A program made the translations under genes and the position numbers. This document shows, in pieces, positions 1 through 11,513 of a stretch of DNA of 64,000 nt (position 1 is the stretch's first letter; each line of letters opens with the position of its first letter). Source of the DNA: Gekko japonicus (Eukaryota); NCBI RefSeq assembly GCF_001447785.1, contig NW_015160219.1, positions 22,650 to 86,649 of the forward strand, read 5' to 3'. A model generated the notes under the pieces. That model did no database searches, had not been told where the DNA came from, and saw only the letters and a list, made by a program, of their open reading frames with translations.

Positions 1-1353
1 TTATCTAACACAGTTCATTTGTTTACATCTGGGATTCCTTCCCGACGTCGCTTTCCGTTGGGGGGGGAGAACTCACTTTTAAAACTTCTCCGCTTGGCTG
101 CTTCTCCAGTTCATTGCCGGTCTGTAAACAGACCCTTTGTAGCTTTGTTAATTCGCTGACCTTCTCTGCTTGTCCGGTCGGCATCAGCTATGCTCAGTTT
201 AAAACTGAGCCTCACAGTGGACGGACCGATTGGGACAAAAAGGAGCGCCTCAATTCTCCGGCATTACGCCATCGAAGAGGTCGCCCCCCAAGCGCCCCCA
301 GCTTGGAGCCTATACCTAAGGCTCACCTGGGGGTGCCACTTGAGGTGTCACCCCTCCAATCCCACTGGAGTGCAGATCGCCTCCCCAGAGGTAGGGGAGA
401 GTGTCTGCCATCGCCGAGCCACAGACCGGAAGTCGACTGAACAACAAATTAACCCACCCTGAGCCTGCTTCCGGGAGTAGGGCGGACTAGGAGCCCAATG
501 AAATAAACAAACAAATAAACAAATAAATATGAAGCTGCCATAAATTGAGTCAGACCACAGAGCAACTTAGCCAAGTAGTCTTCAATGTGGCTGGCAGTAC
601 CTTTCCAAGATCTCAAGCCCAGAAGAATCTTTCCCAGTCCAGACAAGTTGTGTCTGGGGTCTCCACAATCACACATGAGTTCGTCTTAGTTTCTTTGCAA
701 CGTGGATCGGGACCACAGAGCACCAGTTCCTCCCAGCACCATTTCCCCAGCCTGAAACAGGACTGGGAGGATGCTATTGGGCCTGTTGGGGAAATCCATG
801 ACTCAGTCCTCAAAAAACAAGATCAAGTAGCAGGGAAAATCAGGCAAAGCTGCAGGGAAAAATGTGGCCACGCAGCAAATAGTGGGAAATTGACACATAC
901 AATCAGGGGAAAGGGAAGAGCAAGGGTGGAGCAGTGGCTTGTGGGAAATCGGTCCATCTGTATCTCAGGAACACATGGGTTTCCCTAAATAGTGCCGCCC
1001 CAGAAGTATTTCAGGTTCGTAAAATGGGGGGGGCAAGCCCCTTTTCCACAGGCACCATTGTCTGAATCCTAATTAATGCAGAACATGCATGGGAGTTGAG
1101 AAGAACCAAATGATGTGTAAAGTCAGACACAGCACTGTGACCCCAGACCCAATTTGTGCATTCTGTAATTCAGAGTGTATGTTTAGAAATAAGTAGATAT
1201 TACAAGAAGTCCACAGTATTCCTCACAAGGAAACTTACCCTGTGGCCAGTCCAAGATCTTCCTACTTTTCCTAGAATGAGGGACATGAAATCTAGAGTTG
1301 GATCCAATTAGGTTTTCTACATAACATTAATTTTCTTCCTCCTGACCCTTTTG

Positions 1354-1562
1354 AACACATGAAGCTGCCTAATACTGAATCAGACCCTTGGTCTAACCAT
1401 GTGAGTATTGTCTCTTCAGACTGGCAGTGGCTCTCCAGAGTCTCAGGCTGAGGTCTTTCACATCACCAGCTGCCGGATCATTTAATTGGAGATGCCAGAG
1501 ATTGAACCTGGGACCTTCTGCATGCCAAGCAGAGGCTCTACTACTGATCTGCAGCCTGTTCC
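1354..1562 (-). mobile_element. tRNA-derived SINE, Squam2-like (relative near 50880-51070)
   Basis: Minus strand AGTAGTAGAGC..GGTCCCAGGTTCAATC tRNA boxes and a CR1-like tail. Confidence 0.65.
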
Positions 1563-1722
1563 CAGCTCTGTTCATGCAGGCCCCCTTGCTTCTTAGCATA
1601 GTCTTTTTGGGTGGTCAAAGGGGAACCGTCCTCCTCTTTTTACTAGTATAAAAGCTGTTTGGATCCAAACCAATCAATCAACATCTGTTGTATTGCAATA
1701 TTTGGCTGTTTGTATGAGGTTA

Positions 1723-1857
1723 GACAGTGTCATAGATGCAACGAACATGAAATTGAGCCATCTTCAGAGGACGGCGGAAGACAGGAAGGCCTGGTGTGAT
1801 CTTGTCCATGGGGTCGCAAAGAGTCGGACTCGACTGTGCGACTGAACAACAACAAAA
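1723..1857 (+). mobile_element. RTE/BovB LINE 3' end
   Basis: GTCCATGGGGTCGCAAAGAGTCGGAC..CGACTGAACAACAAC tail; TSD ATGAGGTTA. Confidence 0.85.
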
Positions 1858-2269
1858 ATGAGGTTATTAACAAATGTATGAACTACTTTACAAATTAAAG
1901 AATAAGACATATCAGCTGAAGCCCAACTTAATCTTTTCAACTGTTATCCATTTAAAAACATAATCAAAATCTGTATAAAATAGTCTTCCTAATGCACTAT
2001 GCCTCTGCCACATACAAAAATTACGGTCGCAGGTTTTACACCAAATCAGTCTGCTTCCTTTGACATTTTTCTAAAATCAGGTCATATAACCACATCAACC
2101 CACTTTCTCACAGGCTTCTTTGTTTTTAACCTCTTTTGTCGATGCCGTCTAAAAAACCTGACACATTTAACTTTTTTATCTTTAGCGAAGGTATGTAAAA
2201 GAAAACATGTTCCACTTTTCTAAAATGCTGTCTTTTGCCCGAGGAAGAGTCTAACCAATTATGTGGGAG

Positions 2270-2716
2270 CAGGCCCGTAGCCAGGATTATTTTTTGTTCA
2301 GGGGGCATTTAAATTTTTAAGGGGGCAGTTAAATTACAGTTAATTAAATTAATCTCACCGTGACCTAGGTGGAATACAACAGGACTAGGCTAGCAGAAAG
2401 GGGGATTGCTGGAGAGGTATTGAAGGTGCCACTCTTGGGTGCCCTTCTAAGCTTCTTGCCCAGTGGAAGGGAACACCAAAGACATTTAAATACCCTCGGA
2501 ACTGTCCTTTCCCAAATCCCATGATGCCCTGTCCAAAAAATTCCACAGTGGGTGCGAGAGGGAAGCCTGAGGGCAAGCTGTGGCACTCTCACGCTGGCTG
2601 CTGCCAGCAGCAGGGGTCTCTCCACAAAAATAACATTTTTGGCAGGGCTATTTGTGGGGCCGGGCCTTTAATTGAGGGGCCGGGCCCCAAAATGCCTCAC
2701 TGTAGCTATAGGCCTG
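2270..2716. mobile_element. hAT-type MITE
   Basis: TIR CAGGCC(C/T)(G/A)TAGC; 8-bp TSD TGTGG(G/A)AG. Confidence 0.75.
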
Positions 2717-2748
2717 TGTGGAAGCAAAGCCTAGTATGTATGTATGTT

Positions 2749-3148
2749 CAGGGCTATTTTTGGGCAGGAACGCACAGGAACGGAGTTCCGGCTGGCTCCT
2801 GAGTTGGCCACACCCAGCAGGAACTCATTAGCATAATAGGCCACACCCAACAACAGACAGTTATTAGGATTGGCTACATTAGGGGTGTGCGGCCTAACAT
2901 GCAAAGAAGTTCCTGCTACAAAAAAAGGCCCTGGGTTTTGACAACAAACAAGGTAAACAGAATAAGAAGCAAAAGGTGGGTGTGGCTGGGTGACCACACT
3001 TCTGGTAACATGCCGGGTGTGGCCTAATATGCAAATGAGCTGTGGCTGTCAGGGGTGTGGCCTAATATGCTAATTGGTCTCTGCTGCTGGGTGTGGCCTA
3101 TTATGCTAATGAGTTCCTGCTGGGCTTTTTCTACAAAAAAAAGCCCTG
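2749..3148. mobile_element. hAT-type MITE rich in octamer-like and CACCC subterminal motifs
   Basis: TIR CAGGGCT; TSD TGTATGT(T/G). Confidence 0.7.
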
Positions 3149-5361
3149 TGTATGTGTATATTTATTTATTTACTTTATCTATCTATAGTCCGCCTTTCTC
3201 ACTTAGACTTGTTGTTTCTCCGTTGCGGCCTCGTCTTTCTGTGAAGCCAGGTGGCAGCCAGCACAGGGGCAGGCTCTTGCTCTCCCTAGGGCGGCTTGAG
3301 GGTAGGAGGAGCAATGCCCACGAGAGGCCCAGAGTGTGTGGGGGGTTTTTTTCCCTTTTCACCCACCCCTGCCCCTGACCAGCTCCAGGTGGTTGTCTCC
3401 TCCCTCCAGCCACCATCTGCTACCAAATGCAAACATTTAAAGGTGCACTTGCTGTCCCTCTCCAGTCCTGCTGCCCCTGTTGCACGTGGGGAAAGCAAAC
3501 ACCAGTGCTGGTGGCTTCCCCTGGGTTCCTGAGTTAATTTATACAGAATAAATATTAAATACAGGATTAAACAAATACAAAGATGACTGCAGTACACTGA
3601 TATTAAGTAAACTTTTAAAAGGAAGCAGGAACAGGAGCGGCCATAAAAAATGGCAGCTAAGCGGTGGGTGGCCCCTTTTGAAGCATGGCACCCCATCCAG
3701 AGGAAATGCAAAAGCAATTCAGCTGTGCACCAAGAGGAAGCCTCGGATCAAGGTGGTTGGAAGAAACCATGGGCAAAACGAGGAAGGAAAGAGGACAGGC
3801 AGCAGAGTCGTGTGAAAGATTTAAAACAATGCATTGCAGTTCCAATCCTAAAACAAAGCAAAAAGCCTGTGCAAAAAAGCCTTTGATATAATGGGGCTTA
3901 CTTCTGAGTAGACCCGCTTAGAATTGCTTCGTAACAGCAGCGTTCTATGCAGAATTATAACCTTTTAAGTCCATCGAGGCTGGCTTCAATGCAACTCAGG
4001 GAATAGTTCTGTTTAGGATTGCATTGTAAATCATTCAGGCTATAATTTTAGTTTCAGAAAATTGGAAATTAAAAGAAAAGTGTGTTGATTTGCTTATGTT
4101 CCCAGGAGCACTGAAACTTTGGGAAGTTTAAGATCTTTCTGGAAGTTGGACAGAAGATTCCTCTTCTGAAAGGATTCCTCTGAAAGGATTGCTAGTCTGT
4201 TTCTGACAAAGTTCAAAGAGGTCTGTTTCTACTTTCTTTGTGCAATTGGTGATTAACAACATAACTGGTTAGCATACAATGTTATGGACTGATTAAACAG
4301 CATTGTGAAATACATTTTAGGCCACTTTCAACCAGTGGTAATTTTGAGTTTCCCCAGAATTTTAAGTGTCTGAATTCTGGTAGTAGAGTCAATGGAAAAG
4401 ATTGCTTCTTGAACCTCCTCCGACTTCTATTGTGCTATTATGAAGCATTTCTTCTGGTGTGGATAAATGTTATTCTGAACAAAGTACATAACATCTTGAG
4501 AGAAGAGTAAGAGCAGTAGCACCTTAAAGACTAACAAAATCTGTGGGTATAAGCTTTCGTGAGTCATGAAAGCTCATACCCACAAATTTTGTTAGTCTTC
4601 AAGGTGCTACTGAGCTTACTCTTTTCTGCTGCTATGAAGAGACTAACATGGCTACCCAATTTCGATCTTGTGAGAGGGACGTTGTTCATTTACAAGTGTT
4701 CAACTGTTCTAAAAAGATTTAACCAGTTAATTAGTTCAATTTTTCCAATAATATTGAAGCACTGTCTTTATTAGAATAACAAAAAAAAAATCCTTAAGAG
4801 GTTTGATACATAAACGAATCCTTCAGAGGTTTGATACATATGCTAACTGCAAAAACAAATTGTGAAACAACAAAACTAATTTTAAAGAAATGAATGATAA
4901 TCATTTAATGTTTCTGTAAAGATGATAGATTCACAATGTATCCATATTTATAGGCCAAACTACATTCCCAACTGGCTGATGTAGGATCAGATTCTCTGAC
5001 AAGCACTTCAGCGGCAAAGAACAGTCCTCCACCCGCATATGGATCAGGGCCAAGGTGCTGGGAAAGGGTGGTACCTTTGTCCCCCCATGCCAATTTCCCC
5101 CCCAGTGAGGAATGACTGCTCTTAACCTTGGCATGGGGCAAAAGACTGTACTGTGCCTGTCTTTTTTCTGTACTGGAGTAAAATCTTCCTGTTTTGTTTT
5201 TCTGTACTGGAGTAAAATCTTCCTGGGAGGGCATTTCCAGCAGGGATATGGTGCAGTAACAACCCTGACCTATGCTGGGCCCATTTTGCAGCTGTGGTCT
5301 GCAATTAAATTACATATTGACAGATCCAATCAATAGCATTATGCGCACTTTGGCAGATAAT

Positions 5362-5739
5362 CGCTGTTTTGCATTTTGTATAAAGGTGAGAATGCAGTCA
5401 TGTAGTCAAGCCATTGGTCAACTGCTGGATGGATTATCAGGTCTGGCCAGTGACTCTCTCTGTTTCCATTCTTATTCCCCAATCTTGCTCCCTTAGTCAT
5501 TCTCAGGCCTTGGAATTTATCTGTGCATTATGGTACTCTTCTGGAGTAAAATCTTCCTGTTTTGCTGTTTTGCATTTTGTATAAAGGTGAGAATGCAGTC
5601 ATGTGTCAAGCCATTGGTCAACTGCTGGATGGATTATCTGGTCTGGCCAGTGACTCTGTTTCCATTCTTATTCCCCAATCTTGCTCCCTTAGTCATTCTC
5701 AGGCCTTGGAATTTATCTGTGCATTATGGTACTCTTCTG
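5362..5739. repeat. Tandem duplication of ~180 bp with a templated spacer
   Basis: 5362-5541 versus 5564-5739; the spacer repeats CTGGAGTAAAATCTTCCTG from 5174 and 5207. Confidence 0.88.
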
Positions 5740-6736
5740 TGAGTGACCTGTCAAAAATATTGCATTGTAGGAACTACAACACAGCATTTTCCATCTTACA
5801 CTGGATTGTCCAAGAACATAGCAATCATACAATACTGAAGGACTCTGTATTGTAACAAACTGAACGCTCAATATTCACGTATTCAGATTAACTTTTCTTT
5901 GTTTTGACAGAGAAAGATGGTCTCCCAAGCTTCTTTCATGACTATGATTTATGAATAAAAGTGTAAATGAGCAACTCAAGTGGATGGGGGTACTTCTATG
6001 GCTGTGGTATTAAACTAGTTCAGATACCAATGTGTTTGCATAGAGAGTGCAAACATAGCAATATATTTTAAGTAGGGAAGCATCCTAATGTGCCACAGCC
6101 CCAATACTGCTTAGGTTAACACCGGTAGGTAATCTCTGAGTGAAAATCCACTATTAGACACAAATTCACTGCACACAAGCTGAATTAACTGTACACAAAA
6201 TAAATTTGTATCCCAGAGGCTGAAAAAGGTAACCAGAGTTTGCTCCTTCTGTACTAAGAAGAGCTGGAGTTTTAGCAGGTTTGGAGGAAAGCAGAACCCA
6301 GATTGATGACATCCCTTTTAGCACCCAGACTGGCGACATCATGGTCACTATGCCTATACAAAGTATGAGTCCAGTGGCACCTTTAAGACCATCAAAGTTT
6401 TATTCATGGTATAAGCTTTTGTGTGCAAGCAAGCACTCTTTGTCAGATACTGTATCTGAAGAAACAACAAAATTTGAGTCCAGAGGCATCTTTAAGACCA
6501 ACAAAGTTTAACTCTGGGTTTAACTTTTTGTGTGCATGCACACGTCTTCAGATCGAACCATGTAAGTGTGAACAGGAAAGCTTATACCATGAATAAAACT
6601 TTGTCAGTCTTAAAGGTGCCACTGGACTCAAACTTTGTTCTCCTGCTTCAGACAACCCAGCTATCCCACCTGACTCTGCCTATGTTCCAGTCTCCAGACT
6701 TGGAATGAGGAAAGAGGGGAAGGATGTGTGTGTATA

Positions 6737-8289
6737 TGTAATGTATCCAGTCCTGACCGCGTGGCTGGCTTGGGCTCCATGCGGTCAGGCACAAACGAGC
6801 TTTGCTCCAAGAGACAATGGACTATGCGGATCCTAGCCCACTCCAATCAGGGGGCTAGAGCCTATGAGACTCTCGGCCACTGTAAACAACCTATTGGGAA
6901 GTGGGGGTGTGTGTTTTGGGTGGCGGTTTCTCGGGGAATATAAGCCGGCTTGCGAGCTGGCCAAAGGCGTCTTGTTCCTGATCAAATAAAGTACGCTTTG
7001 CTGAAATCACTCTCTGTCTGCATACTTTTCACTGGCGACGAAGGTGGGATTCATTTCCCTCTGAACAGAGACCACGTTCCGGACATCACCGCTCACTGCC
7101 ACGCCGAAATTGCCACCGCCGAAGACATTGAGAGTCTTCGAGAATCGCCGCTCACCGCACTGCTCCCGAGCTCCAAGGACTATTTTCCTGGCGGCATACT
7201 CCTACGCTCTCATCCATCGCCCTGGCAACGCAATGGGCCATGCGGATGCCCTAAGCTGCCTGCCGCTGCTGGTCTGTGACCCGGATCCTGCTCCCGCCCA
7301 CCAGATCGCTCTCCTGGAGTCCCTTCCAGATCGGCCAGTCCACATCGCGGAGGTGGCTCGCAGCACCTCCAAGGACAAGGTACTTTGCCGGGTCTTGGGC
7401 TGGGTGGTGAGGGGGTGGCCCGCGGCCAAAGGAGACCCTGACGTAACGCCCTTTGCTTCTCGGAAGGAGAAGCTGTCCGTCCACAGGGGCTGTGTCATGT
7501 GGGGAAGTAGGGTGGTCATTCCAAAGCCCCTACGGGAACGGGTCCTCACCGCCCTTCACGAAGCGCACCCCGGGGTGGTGTGCATGAAAGCCTTGGTGGT
7601 GGTGCATGAAAGCTATGTCTGGTGGCCGGGGATGGACCGGGACATAGAGAACGTGGTGAAGCGATGCCAACCTTGCCAAGCATCCCGGCCTGAGCCTCCC
7701 CGAGCCCCGGAACGGGCCTGGGAATCTTCCCACCGCCCCTGGTCCCAGTTACACTTGAACTTTGCGGGACCGTTCCAGGGGCAACTTTTCTTTATCCTGG
7801 TGGATTCCTTCAGCAAGTGGCTGGAGGTAGTTCCCATGCCTTCAACCTCCTCGAAGGTGGCCATCCGGGCGATGTGGTGGATATTCACTGCTCAGGGAAT
7901 CCCGGAAATGCTGCTCGCGGATAACGGGATGGCATTCATATCCATGGAGTTCCTGGACTTCACGAGATACTACGGCATCCACCACGTCCGGTCCGCCCTG
8001 TTCCACCCCGCAACCAATGGCCAGGCAGAGCGCATGGTCAGGACCACAAAGGACGCTTTCCGCCGCTTGGACTCCTCAGACTGGGTCTATAAGCTACCTG
8101 CTTTCCTTTTCGGCCAGCGAACTACGCCCCACACTACTACGGTACGCAGCCCGGCAGAGCTACTTCTCGGCCGCCATCTGACGACCCGGCTGGATCACCT
8201 GCACCCCGACCGAACCCTGGCTGATGCACCAGCCACGGAGACACATGAGGCAGCCAGGGGGTTCTTCCTGGAGGAACCCGTGTACGCTG
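6737..8289 (+). mobile_element. Gypsy/Ty3 LTR retrotransposon remnant: 5' LTR 6737-7031, PBS, RNase H end and integrase; internally deleted and 3'-truncated
   Basis: LTR runs TG..CA with TATAA and AATAAA. PBS TGGCGACGAAGGTGGGATTC (7033-7052) is complementary to the tRNA-Ser(GCT) 3' end. ORF 7110 contains HRPGNAMGHADALS, the HHCC finger (HEAH..CQPC) and the integrase core (LHLNFAGP..ADNG..NGQAERMV). Confidence 0.92.
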
Positions 8290-8633
8290 ATCAAAGTTTT
8301 ATTCATGGTATAAGCTTTTGTGTGCAAGCAAGCACTCTTTGTCAGATACTGTATCTGAAGAAACAACAAAATTTGAGTCCAGAGGCATCTTTAAGACCAA
8401 CAAAGTTTAACTCTGGGTTTAACTTTTTGTGTGCATGCACACGTCTTCAGATCGAACCATGTAAGTGTGAACAGGAAAGCTTATACCATGAATAAAACTT
8501 TGTCAGTCTTAAAGGTGCCACTGGACTCAACCTTTGTTCTCCTGCTTCAGACAACCCAGCTATCCCACCTGACTCTGCCTATGTTCCAGTCTCCAGACCG
8601 GAACGAGGAACTCGGGCCCTGAGGAAAGAGGGG

Positions 8634-8638
<5 letters not shown>

Positions 8639-8678
<40 letters not shown>
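8639..8678. repeat. (TG)n microsatellite
   Basis: About 20 TG units. Confidence 0.95.
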
Positions 8679-8682
<4 letters not shown>

Positions 8683-8902
8683 AATATATCTCGGACGGAT
8701 TGGCGGGGTGGCAACGACAGGGTGCTAAAAACCCGGCCAGACATTCTATTCTGGCTCGCTCTTTAGTTAGTTCCCAGCCAGGTGGCCAGAGAGCCCGTTC
8801 TGTAATCCAGTCAGTCCTCTCATTCTCAAGCACTGCGGGCCTCGCTCTAAAGAGCCGCCAGCCTCTTCCGAGCGACCCACTTGCTGCGCCAGCCAGGGCC
8901 TC

Positions 8903-9648
8903 TGCTGAAATCACTCTCTGTCTGCATACTTTTCACTGGCGACGAAGGTGGGATTCATTTCCCTCTGAACAGAGACCACGTTCCGGACATCACCGCTCAC
9001 TGCCACGCCGAAATTGCCACCGCCGAAGACATTGAGAGTCTTCGAGAATCGCCGCTCACCGCACTGCTCCCGAGCTCCAAGGACTATTTTCCTGGCGGCA
9101 TACTCCTACGCTCTCATCCATCGCCCTGGCAACGCAATGGGCCATGCGGATGCCCTAAGCTGCCTGCCGCTGCTGGTCTGTGACCCGGATCCTGCTCCCG
9201 CCCACCAGATCGCTCTCCTGGAGTCCCTTCCAGATCGGCCAGTCCACATCGCGGAGGTGGCTCGCAGCACCTCCAAGGACAAGGTACTTTGCCGGGTCTT
9301 GGGCTGGGTGGTGAGGGGGTGGCCCGCGGCCAAAGGAGACCCTGACGTAACGCCCTTTGCTTCTCGGAAGGAGAAGCTGTCCGTCCACAGGGGCTGTGTC
9401 ATGTGGGGAAGTAGGGTGGTCATTCCAAAGCCCCTACGGGAACGGGTCCTCACCGCCCTTCACGAAGCGCACCCCGGGGTGGTGTGCATGAAAGCCTTGG
9501 TGGTGGTGCATGAAAGCTATGTCTGGTGGCCGGGGATGGACCGGGACATAGAGAACGTGGTGAAGCGATGCCAACCTTGCCAAGCATCCCGGCCTGAGCC
9601 TCCCCGAGCCCCGGAACGGGCCTGGGAATCTTCCCACCGCCCCTGGTC
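8903..9648 (+). mobile_element. Second partial copy of the same Gypsy remnant (LTR end, PBS, RNase H end, zinc finger)
   Basis: Matches 6999-7744 at offset 1904; the ORF translations are identical over the shared part. Confidence 0.9.
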
Positions 9649-9785
9649 AGAAAGAGCCCCCCCACACACACACCGTCAGCAGAAAGGTGGCAGCTCGTGG
9701 GGCACAAAAGATCGTCAGTCTTCACATTAACGTGCCTGCCTGACTTTGATAGATACTGTTTGGCCGGAACTCAAGGGCGTTTATG

Positions 9786-10410
9786 AAGAACAAGGTTGGA
9801 GTCCAGCGGCACCTTTAAGATCAACAACTTTTAATTCTGGGCATCAGCATTCGTGTGCACGTGCACTTCTTCAGATACTTTGAAACAGAAGTCGCCAGCC
9901 ATTACTTATAAGTAGAAGGGGTGGGGGGTTAGTTGCGGGAAGGGCTAGTTACAGTCAAGATGGCATATGTAAATGAGCAGTAAGTATAGTTAAGATTAGA
10001 TTGAAGCAATTGGTGAAAACTGTGAATAGCAGCAAATTAGCTTACACATAAAAGAGTTAACAAACAGATGTGAGAATGAAGATTGAGGACACTGGCACCT
10101 TTAAGAGCAGCAAAATTTTATTCTGGGTATAAGAGGACTTAGCGTGTGTAGATGCACACTTTTTCAGATACATTAAAACAGACTTAATCCAATCTTAGCT
10201 ATACTTATTGCTCAGTTACTTATGCATCCAGCCCTTCCTGCCAACTAAACCCTCCCACCCTCTCTCTACCTATATGTAAGACTTGAGGAAATCTGTGTGC
10301 ATGCACGTAGAAGCTTATACCCAGAATTAAACTTTGTTGGTCTAAATGTGTCACTGGACTCCAACTTAGTTCTGTTGCTTGAGACCAACATGGCTACCCA
10401 CCTGCATTTG
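9786..10410. mobile_element. Penelope pLTR relics (same family at 4500-4650, 6365-6672, 8290-8572, 18425-18615, 39425-39540, 46955-47050)
   Basis: Recurrent GAGTCCAG(T/C)(A/G)GCACCTT..AAGAC..AACAA..GGTAT..CTTCAGATAC motif in direct and inverted orientation. Confidence 0.7.
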
Positions 10411-11404
10411 TGAAGCACTCAGGTTATTGCCATTAGAAACGGATCTGCCTTTCAGATGGGTTTGAACAAACCCTAACTAGTGGGGTATCTGATGCTCAGG
10501 TTCCCAAATACTTTATCATACACTACCACTTTCACAGGTCTCTGTTAGATCCAGTTCTGTTCCTTACCTGAAATTAACTTCTTAGTAATGCCTGATTGCC
10601 TTATACAGAAGGGGCTAATTGAGCAAGAAGGGTCTCACAATAGAGAGATCATTCAGTTCCAGTTATGAACTGTAATCTAGTCTTCCTCATTCAGGGTTCA
10701 CTTTCTAGGAGAAGGTATGATGTGTATTGGGTTATCTGCTGTAGTGGATGGAAAAGCATAAGGTACTGAGAATTTAAAGACCCCAAAGTATGGTTGTGGA
10801 AATTTAAGTGATTCTTAATACTCATACTATGCATCTGAAGTGAGTAAATCCCTGCTTTTAACTTTGTTTCACTTATTTCAGAATAGAGACTATTTCATTG
10901 CAGCCCCCCCCCCCCCCATATTCCCCAAAGTTTCCAATTGTGAAAAACTGGGGGGGGGGGATTCCTTGGGTCCAGGGGGAATCCCCTAGAATTTTCCATG
11001 TCTTTTCAGAGCCTTCATCTCTTTAGTTCCATTTATTTCTGCCCTAATACCCAATATTCATTGCAGGGATTTTAGATCCCTGAGTGTATTTATGCCCTGG
11101 CCTGAATAACCCAGGCTAGCCTGATCTTGTCAGAGCTTGGAAGCTAATCAGGGTTGACCCTGGTCAGTATTTGGAAGGGAGACCACCAAGGAATACCAGA
11201 GTGATGTACCTAGTATGTACCTAGTAATGGTCTAATATATTTATTCTAGTAGTCTTGAAAGTGTTTGTGACAAATCTCACTTAACTTGAATAAGCATCAG
11301 CTTTTGTTTCTTGTTTTGTTTTGTGTCTCTGCTAATGGCATATTTAGCGCACAGTACTTGGAATTCATTCTGCTTTGCTTTTAATACCTGTCCTCTCTTT
11401 CCAG

Positions 11405-11513
11405 GCGTTTATAATGATGATCAGCCTCTGAATGAATAGCTAAAGCAGGAAACTCAGCTGATGCTCCAGGCACTGACATCTTCTGCACAGATCTCTTAAA
11501 GTGAATGGGACAG
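11405..11513 (+). other. IL1R1: Probable IL1R1 5' UTR exon; its last 9 nt may be coding (ATG GGA CAG)
   Basis: Strong acceptor tgtcctctctttccAG and donor CAG/GTCAGT, 4 kb upstream of the signal-peptide exon. Confidence 0.55.

Noticed and set aside
114-988. GC-rich ORFs at the window start and other 60-170 aa ORFs in the track
   Set aside because: No recognisable domains or splice-consistent structure. Most overlap repeats or are intron read-through of real exons.
5164-5740. Repeat-spacer pattern resembling a CRISPR array
   Set aside because: Only 2-3 irregular copies in eukaryotic DNA with no cas genes; a local duplication explains it.
5911-5990. Possible exon after a good acceptor, with AATAAA at about 5954
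   Set aside because: No convincing donor or coding similarity; it cannot be assigned to IL1R1 or to an upstream gene.
7110-8495. 461-aa ORF as a host gene or domesticated integrase
   Set aside because: It has a non-ATG start and sits behind an LTR and PBS. Its catalytic Asp is altered and its C-terminus runs into duplicated Penelope flank sequence.
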